A DNA stretch of 64,000 nucleotides. Source: Myxococcales bacterium (GTDB lineage: Bacteria; Myxococcota_A; UBA9160; UBA4427). Each line of letters begins with the position of its first letter. Position 1 is the first letter of the stretch. Location of the stretch: the NCBI GenBank assembly GCA_022563535.1, contig JADFNE010000005.1:46397-110396 (forward strand). Reading direction: 5' to 3'. The translations under genes were made by a program, and so were the position numbers. The notes beneath the pieces are model-generated. The model saw only the letters and a list, made by a program, of their open reading frames with translations, did not search any database and was not told where the DNA came from. Shown here piece by piece: positions 63,658 to 64,000 of the stretch.

Positions 63658-63999
63658 ATGGCATCGGTTCTCATCGTCGAAGACGAAAGCTCGCTGCGCG
63701 AAACCCTCGCGCGTTTTTTGATTCGAGAAGGTCACGAAGTAATCACCGCGGCGAACGGTCGCGAGGCCTTCGATCTCGGAATTTCAGCTAGCCCCGATGT
63801 GCTGGTGACCGATTGGATGCTCAAGAACCACATCCATGGACTGCACGTCGCCGACGCTTTGAAAGCCGTCAATCCCTCCCTACACACAATTTTGATCACC
63901 GGGTTTCCGTCGAAGGATCTGCTCTCTGAGTCTGATCGATGCGGCGTGTTGCAGTTGCTCGAGAAGCCCTTTGATTTGAATGATCTCAAACGGGCAGTC
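63658..63999 (+). CDS. Response-regulator receiver-domain protein, 3' end cut by window edge (not in ORF track because no stop is reached)
   Basis: My hand translation from ATG 63658 gives MASVLIVEDESSLRETLARFLIREGHEVITAANGREAFDL...DVLVTDWMLKN...ILITGFPS...LEKPFDLNDL. Confidence 0.85.
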   Translation, partial: MASVLIVEDESSLRETLARFLIREGHEVITAANGREAFDLGISASPDVLVTDWMLKNHIHGLHVADALKAVNPSLHTILITGFPSKDLLSESDRCGVLQLLEKPFDLNDLKRAV

Positions 64000-64000
64000 C

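Overview
GC-rich, densely coded bacterial chromosomal segment. I support about 60 protein genes, and many are translationally coupled through ATGA/GTGA start-stop overlaps. I found no rRNA, tRNA or CRISPR array. Housekeeping content: ffh, clpS-clpA, ispH, hemE, hemH, trmB-rlmN, plsB, lpdA, tatA, engB, guaD-like deaminase, mltD-like transglycosylase, and two separate histidine loci (hisE-hisG and hisI-hisG). Lineage hints (inference only) point to a Deltaproteobacteria/Myxococcota-like organism: Desulfovibrio/archaeal-type variant System I cytochrome c maturation cluster (ccmE-ccmF-X-ccmABCD with Cys-type CcmE), F420 genes cofD-cofC-cofE, a PEP-CTERM protein, an MJ0042-type zinc-ribbon protein and PhaR. 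Best candidates for undescribed biology: (1) a MerR / ParA::CBM48 (glycogen-binding domain) fusion / P-loop-less MinD-like trio at 12.1-14.9 kb, possibly a positioning system for a polyglucan granule. (2) A tightly coupled VTC (polyphosphate polymerase domain)-DUF4956-HlyD-like-TolC-like operon at 47.9-51.5 kb, possibly a trans-envelope polyphosphate machine. (3) A 651-aa bitopic zinc-ribbon protein translationally embedded in the minimal ccm operon. Visibly AT-richer stretches (14.1-15.4 kb, 32.25-33.65 kb, 47.25-47.85 kb, 55.4-55.9 kb) carry orphan genes, a degenerate integrase and helically phased short repeats. All product calls rest on motif recognition in the supplied translations; no database search was possible.
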